Assembly: GCA_012295275.1 (NCBI GenBank)
Contig: CM022665.1
Coordinates: 33,790,001-33,854,000, forward strand
Origin: Chrysomallon squamiferum
Lineage: Eukaryota > Animalia > Mollusca
Length of the DNA stretch: 64,000 bases
Reading direction: 5' to 3'
The position numbers and the translations under genes are program-made. Positions 53,629 through 64,000 of the stretch are shown in pieces (positions within the stretch are counted from its first letter, which is position 1; every line of letters begins with the position of its first letter). The notes under the pieces are model-generated. The model ran no database searches. It worked only from the letters and a program-made list of their open reading frames with translations, and was not told where the DNA came from.

Positions 53629-56600
53629 TTATATTCCCAATCTGAGTGTTAAGATTATTTCATATTTTTTCGTTCATATGATTTTGACGGCTGATAATTA
53701 ATAATTAAAAAATAAAACAAATAAAACAAATAAGAAAAATAAAATTCTAATATACATTAATATTAATAAAATAAAAGCTTATATAATAACCTGTCAGTAA
53801 CTTATATTTACACGCATTAATATTAATTAGATTATATTTATCAGTTTTATAGAATTAAATTTGAATAACAGAGTAATTTATCACTCTTTTAAAAATTAGA
53901 ACGGACAGTTTTTATTTAACTTGTATTCAGGGTTCATATCGTTTAGTTAGAAAATGACTGGAGTCCCGTCAAAACACTTTAGTTATATATTATTTACTCC
54001 ACCTCTCTGTTAATTTCATTCTAAGGCTTTTTCTAACCGTTTATTATACTGTATAAATGTTATTAAGCCCACCTATCTGTCTTTATTACTTTTAATATGA
54101 AAAATGTGGCATTTAACAACAATAAAAATGTACGTAAATATAAAGATTTTACCCTAACGACTTCGGTTGTCAACAAAAACTAAGGCAAATGCTGTACCGT
54201 AAATTCTCTAAAGACATAGAAACATTTCTGGCTTATCGTTTTAATTATAATATAAATATAAATAATATAAAAAAAAAAAAAAAAAAAAAAAAAAATAATA
54301 ATAATAATAATATAATAATAATAATAATAATAATAACATAGCCTTTTTGTGTGTATCGATGGTGTGGATGTGTGCATTTGTTAATATAAAATAAATGATT
54401 AAATTACAGAAAAGGTTTTGTTATTTATTGTTTTCGCAATAGGAATATATCAGTATGTACATAGTTGTGCCTATGATTATGCTTATGTTTGTCAACAGAG
54501 TAAGTGTCTGCATGCGCTTTATTGTTTTACTTTTATCATAGTCTTCAGATTATTACTAAGTATATTTTTTATAAACTGGTTATTTTTATCTTTTAAGGTG
54601 CCTCGTTATTTGATGTATTGATGCTCTAAAGAATTAGATGGAATTTACGAATCGCCTTCACCTAGAGTTAGGTCCCATTTCCGTATCTTACTGCATGTCG
54701 AAGCTTTTCATTTATTAATAAGTAAAGAATATATATAAAAATGTATTTACTCCAGAAAATAGGTGACTTTTTGGCGTACTGGTATCTACAATACATGACG
54801 ACATTTTGACGACATCATTATATATGCTGGAACCAGCAGAGAGAACAGTTTTTAGTATCCTTTTAGTATAAATCATGAGCAATGTGCTTGGTTGGTGATC
54901 GCCGAATTCGTGTTATTGTTAATGAATCATTGGAATTTGTAATAAATTACGCAAAAGAAAAGAAATTTAAGAAATGAAGTAGGCTTTGTTTTTCTGTTAC
55001 GATTATTGCTTTTATTATAATTAGTATTTAACTGTATATGTTTACTGAAAGTTTAACATATTGATTTATCTTACTTTAATATTGATTGTCTCACTGAATT
55101 ATCATACTATCAAACTATGTTACGTACACTTGGCACTAAAAGCAAAAGGTAAAGTGAATAGTGATACTGACAGTCATTCATATTTTAATGAGATTGCCCA
55201 GTTGCTGAAATTATATCCACAGCACGAAATTGCTATTTTTCAGTATCTGTTATAATTTTAGGATTGATAATGATATTGTAACTATTCAATTGAGTTTATT
55301 AAACAAGACAACATTTTTTTATTTTTTATTTATTTTTTGTTAGTGTTACCAATATAACTAATTAGTTTTAGTGAATATTTTGTTTTTAATGTTTGGCTTT
55401 TACCACCAAATGAATTGCATTCTGATAACATGATATTGTATCATATTAATTATTATTTACATAGAAGCAGAACAAATTGCTGAAAATCTTAAGTAAAATC
55501 TCTTCTAACAAACTGTAGACCTAAACTGCTAACATTTTCAAACAAAATAACAACAACTGAAATCATGTATTGTAAATAAATTATTTGATCAGTTTTTTGG
55601 TTACAAATTAAGATATTTCAGTGTTTGTAAAGGTGTATATAATTTATCTTATCAGCAAGTTCAGTTATTTGAGAACATAATTGCACATTGTATTCTGTAG
55701 AAATTACACACATGTTTATAGTAATGGCTTCTTTGATATATTTTGATCACAAGAATTCCGTTACTCCTTTTATAATTATTTTAAACTTAGTGCTTGCTGT
55801 GCTAGTTACAGTTTTAACATCCCTTTAATTACACTGTATTATTTGTGCTTTGGCATATTTCAGTATCAGTCAGACACGTGTCAAAAAAATTATGGTTTAT
55901 AGAGATTAACTGAAAGTGAAAATTAGGCTCATGTACATGATATGGCCTCAGTATTAAAGATATTAATTATGTTAAATGCACTATTTAGCACGTTAAAAGA
56001 TATAAAGGTCATCATTTTAGTATTGTTAACAGGTCATCTCTTTTTCTTTTTTTTCAGTTATATACATAACATTTTTACATTAGGAATAGATTTATCACTG
56101 GGAGTGAGATTCCTGGACAGTAAGAGAGAATACAAGCTGTGTGCTGTTTGAAACTGTTGTCTGTGTTATATGAAAATATACAATAGTAATGTAGATTGGT
56201 GTTATCTGGAACTTATAGAAATATACATTTCTATACAATACACAATTAATATTGCTGAATATAATAAAAAATTAATAATTTTCATAAGACAAGTACTCTT
56301 TAGCAGCTAGAATTGCAAACAAAAATTTAAAAATGAAAAAAGTGCATTTCAGTTTATCAAAACAAATTAATCAAGGAAAAACAATGTTACTTTTATATTT
56401 GTCATAATCTAGATTCATGTGAAATGTTAACTTGTTTATAAAAATTATGGTGAAAAAAAAATTCAGGTTAATGCTTTATGTTGCTTTTGCCCCATAGAGA
56501 ATAAGTCACTGACAGAAATGTAAAATTATTTATAACAAACAGATAGATATATAGATATAGCAGCTTAACCAGTGTTATACTCTTGTTGTTTTAATATCAA

Positions 56601-58468
56601 TGTAAGAAAATTGGACTGTTTTCAGCACTTTCATTAGCACCCCATTAAATACTCTGTTTTTCTCATAACAAAACAAATAGAGCAACTGGTAAAACTTGCA
56701 GTGGTATGATGTCATTTCCTATGGGCCTTGATCACTAGTAAAAGACAATATTTTTTTGTAATATGTCACAGGAAGAATAATTAAGCTGCAAAAAACCCAC
56801 TTTATTTAATCTGGTTAAATCATTAAAATAAATGTTATTTTGAACTAATGGCATATGTTAAAAATAAATCATTTAATTAAAGTTTAGCAAATTTATTTAC
56901 AGTTGTTGATATCATTTAATGTTTGGTTTTTAATCTGTCCAGGTATACATTACTGTTTGTGATTTTTCATGGTGTCTTTTTGATTATCAAGAAATAGGAA
57001 TATTTCCCATTAAAATGTTTCCATTTTCTCAGGCATAATATTTCTTATATGGCATGTTGTTTTCAGAAATTATTTTAATTATGAATAGATCAAATTTTAA
57101 TGGCAATGTTATATATTATTGTATTAGGATAATGCTTAACAAAATTTCTTGTTTTATTTTAATTTGTTGTTGTATTTATTATTATTATTATTAATGCATA
57201 GTTTATCACTTCTGAAAATCATATAATATTAAATACATAAAGGAATCTTTTGATTAAATTTTGCTTGCGCTTAGATTGGAGAAAGCTATTTATTTTATTG
57301 CATTAAAAATTTTAATACTAATATTATACAGGTTTGCATTTATCTGCCAATCCTAAACTGATGCGATTTCTGCCTTTGTTTTTATTTTATTGTATGTTAT
57401 TGTAAGGAAACATTGGTAATATTTTTATGAATCATAAATTCTAATTGTTTTGTTTTTCTTGCTGGCTGTGTTGTCTGTGAATCACCATTACTAATAGTTA
57501 ATATATATATATATATATATATGTAATAGATAGTGAAGCTATTTGAATAAGGATATGTTTTGGGTTACAGTCACTATGTGTTTAAATGATAAGTAATAAT
57601 AAAAGTACAGACATAGCTCATGTCATAATCTCTAGCATGTCTTCCCCAAAAAAGTAAAAAAATTTTACTCACATTTTCTAAATGGTCATGTCAAAAACTA
57701 AAATTTGTTTATTCAGATGTTCTCATTTTTCACCTAGCATGTCCCTTTAATTTATCTTGTGCTGGTTTAACTTCTGAGCAGACTAGATAAATAAAAACAT
57801 TCATCGACTGCTTTGGAAAGCACTTGCCTCTGTTTGACTGTCTTAACTAGAGATAATTAAATATTGTTGAAGACCTTCAGTTTAATTACACCAGTCACTT
57901 CATACGAGTTATTTGCAAAGTACTGCAGACAGTTAAGATGTCAATACATTTGTTTTTCTACATGCAGTTCTCACATTTAAATTTCATTATGATTAAACAA
58001 TGATTAAATTTATTATTATAACTGCCATTAAGAGAAAAGATTATTAATTAATATCCTAAAGTCTACATAACTATTTTCTGTTCAAATAAGATTTAGGGAT
58101 GGTTTCTCATTTTTATTTTTGCAAAATATTCTAAAGATTAGTTTAATCACAGATGTATTATTCTTAATTAGTAATCTGATAGTTTACTGAATCATATCTT
58201 GAACTGAATGGATTAAATCTAAAATGAATAATTTAGAAAAACAACAAAAGAATGGTGACAATGTAAATATATAATCTATCATCCGTGAATACAGTATTAC
58301 AGTGCTTAAATAGTCTTAAACAACTGTATTTTCTTTTCTTGTTGTATTGACAATTTTGTCATTAAACACTATAAAATTAATTCTGAGGAGGACCATAAAT
58401 GACAGTGAAACCATAAATTGCTGTAAGGTGAAGATGAACAGAAAAATGTCATTCTACATATGATATCA

Positions 58469-62338
<3,870 letters not shown>

Positions 62339-63084
62339 TTATCATCTATAAAAGAGGTGTATATACTGTTATGTAGAACTTAAATTTTATCTTTGATAGT
62401 AACTGGAAAAAAGAAACAAATAACTAATTATTAAATAATTCATCAAAACACTGTTATGGTTTATAGGTGCATTTTGAGTCACAGCATGATTAGTAACACA
62501 GATTTTTTCACATATTCATTATTTCCATTTCAAAAGTTTATTCTGTCTCATAAATGATATACAGTTATAACAGGTACCAGCAGCCTCATTAGCATAGTAG
62601 AACAGAGCTACGAAGAGTACAGATTTTGTTTCCTTCATTTCCAAATCCCTCCTATAAAATGTAAAATGAAAAACAAATATATGGAAATAAAAATCATTAT
62701 GATCCTAACAAGTACTAAACTACTGCTTGAAACATCATAAGATTGTAGTCCTTTTAAATATTATATATACATAGATCACATTACTTTTTTAACTTGCTAC
62801 CACTAATGATTTAAAATACTTAAAAAGTGAAAAATCAAATTTGCTACCTCTTGCCCTAACCACCTATTTAATAAGATAAAACATATCCAAGTTCAAACAT
62901 ATGTGAAACAATTGGCCTTTATGTACAGTTTTAAATTTCTTGTCCGCTGCATCAAACTAATAATCATGTACATAATTTAATATTAATCTAGCTAAAGTAA
63001 ATGATCAACATAATTTTAACTATAATGTTTTAGAATGTTTTTCACACTTTTTCACTATTAAATGCAACACACACACACACACAG

Positions 63085-64000
63085 ATGTTGCAAATGTGTG
63101 AAAGATTCCTGCAGTAACATTAAACTCTATGATCACTCATGAACTCATTCTCTCCACTCAGGTGACACTTTAGAAGATTTGAAGGATGCTTTCCTGCAGC
63201 ATTGTTAGAGGAAGATGAAAAGAAGAACATGCAAATCATGAATAGACTTCTTGTACAAGTAAAACTGCTGAAGCAAACCATGGGAGGAGACTGAAATATT
63301 TGTCAGTAAGTTCACGAGTGCATCAAGTGTCCATACCTTCAAGCTCTTCAAGTGATAAGCATTACTCGGATTCAGGATTTTATTCACATTATTCAACAGT
63401 TTCAGAAAATTCATCCCCAAACGTGAGTGCAGCAGAGGCCAACTTATAATTTATTCATGGAGGATCGGAACTTGCTCCTGTGAGGATCTTGAAAGGAAAT
63501 GTTCTGCTTTGAAGGAAGAAAATATAACTCTAAATTAGGATGGAAGTGACAAGTGTGCAATACTTTCTACTCAACATTTCATTTATTGGATCTTGCAGTA
63601 AATCTGAATAGTGAAAAGGAAGGGAATAGTCATCTTCAAGAACAAAAGTCAGCATTATTCAATGAGAGGGACCAGCTCAATACTGAACTGAAGTCCCTGA
63701 AGGAGAACATTCTGAGGGGGCATATAAGCAGTTGTTAAATGGGACAAAACAATGTTAAAATCCAACAGGGAGCTCCTCCAGAAGTCCACTTTACAAACAC
63801 AGCAGAGTGAGCAATTGCTCGGGAAAGTCAGACTTTTCCAGTGTATGCTATACAGAATTGAAACTAATGGAAAGGCAATAACAGGACAGAAAGAAAATCT
63901 GGAATAGGAAAACAACAACCTACAAAGCCATCTCACAAAGTTGCAAGCTGCTAATGAAAACAAATAGATGATTCATTGAAAGACCTTAGATACTGGGTAC
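63085..64000 (+). pseudogene. Decayed intronless coiled-coil coding relic inside PSMA3 intron 1 (antisense)
   Basis: Higher GC, E/K/Q/L-rich heptad-like pieces (CEDLERKCSALKEEN, LQEQKSALFNERDQLNTELKSLKEN, NNNLQSHLTKLQAANEN) broken by stops and frameshifts; origin unknown. Confidence 0.45.

Overview
AT-rich, intron-rich animal genomic DNA, probably from a mollusc (inferred from repeat types and protein style), not prokaryotic. In order: (1) the 3' portion of a phospholipase C-beta gene on + (X and Y boxes, C2, C-terminal coiled coil; 23 exons I could splice in frame, stop at 18882), containing a U12-type intron, two candidate frame-preserving cassette exons (15 nt and 39 nt) and an intron made of decayed copies of its own flanking splice junctions; (2) about 12 kb with no recognisable exons; (3) Tigger/pogo-type and other TIR elements; (4) a near full-length, inactivated Ty3/Gypsy LTR retrotransposon with a tRNA-Ser PBS and an ATAGC TSD, inserted in one of three related ~200-370 bp units that show a faint coding signature; (5) a 5'-less LRRC74-like LRR/EF-hand gene piece with an in-frame TGA; (6) an ankyrin-repeat/SOCS-box gene on -, whose last 216 nt are perfectly duplicated 2.86 kb downstream while the adjacent UTR copies are strongly diverged; (7) proteasome alpha-7 (PSMA3) exons 2 to end on -, with a decayed coiled-coil coding relic in its first intron. 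No rRNA, tRNA or CRISPR array seen. All homology calls are from recalled motifs; no searches were run.
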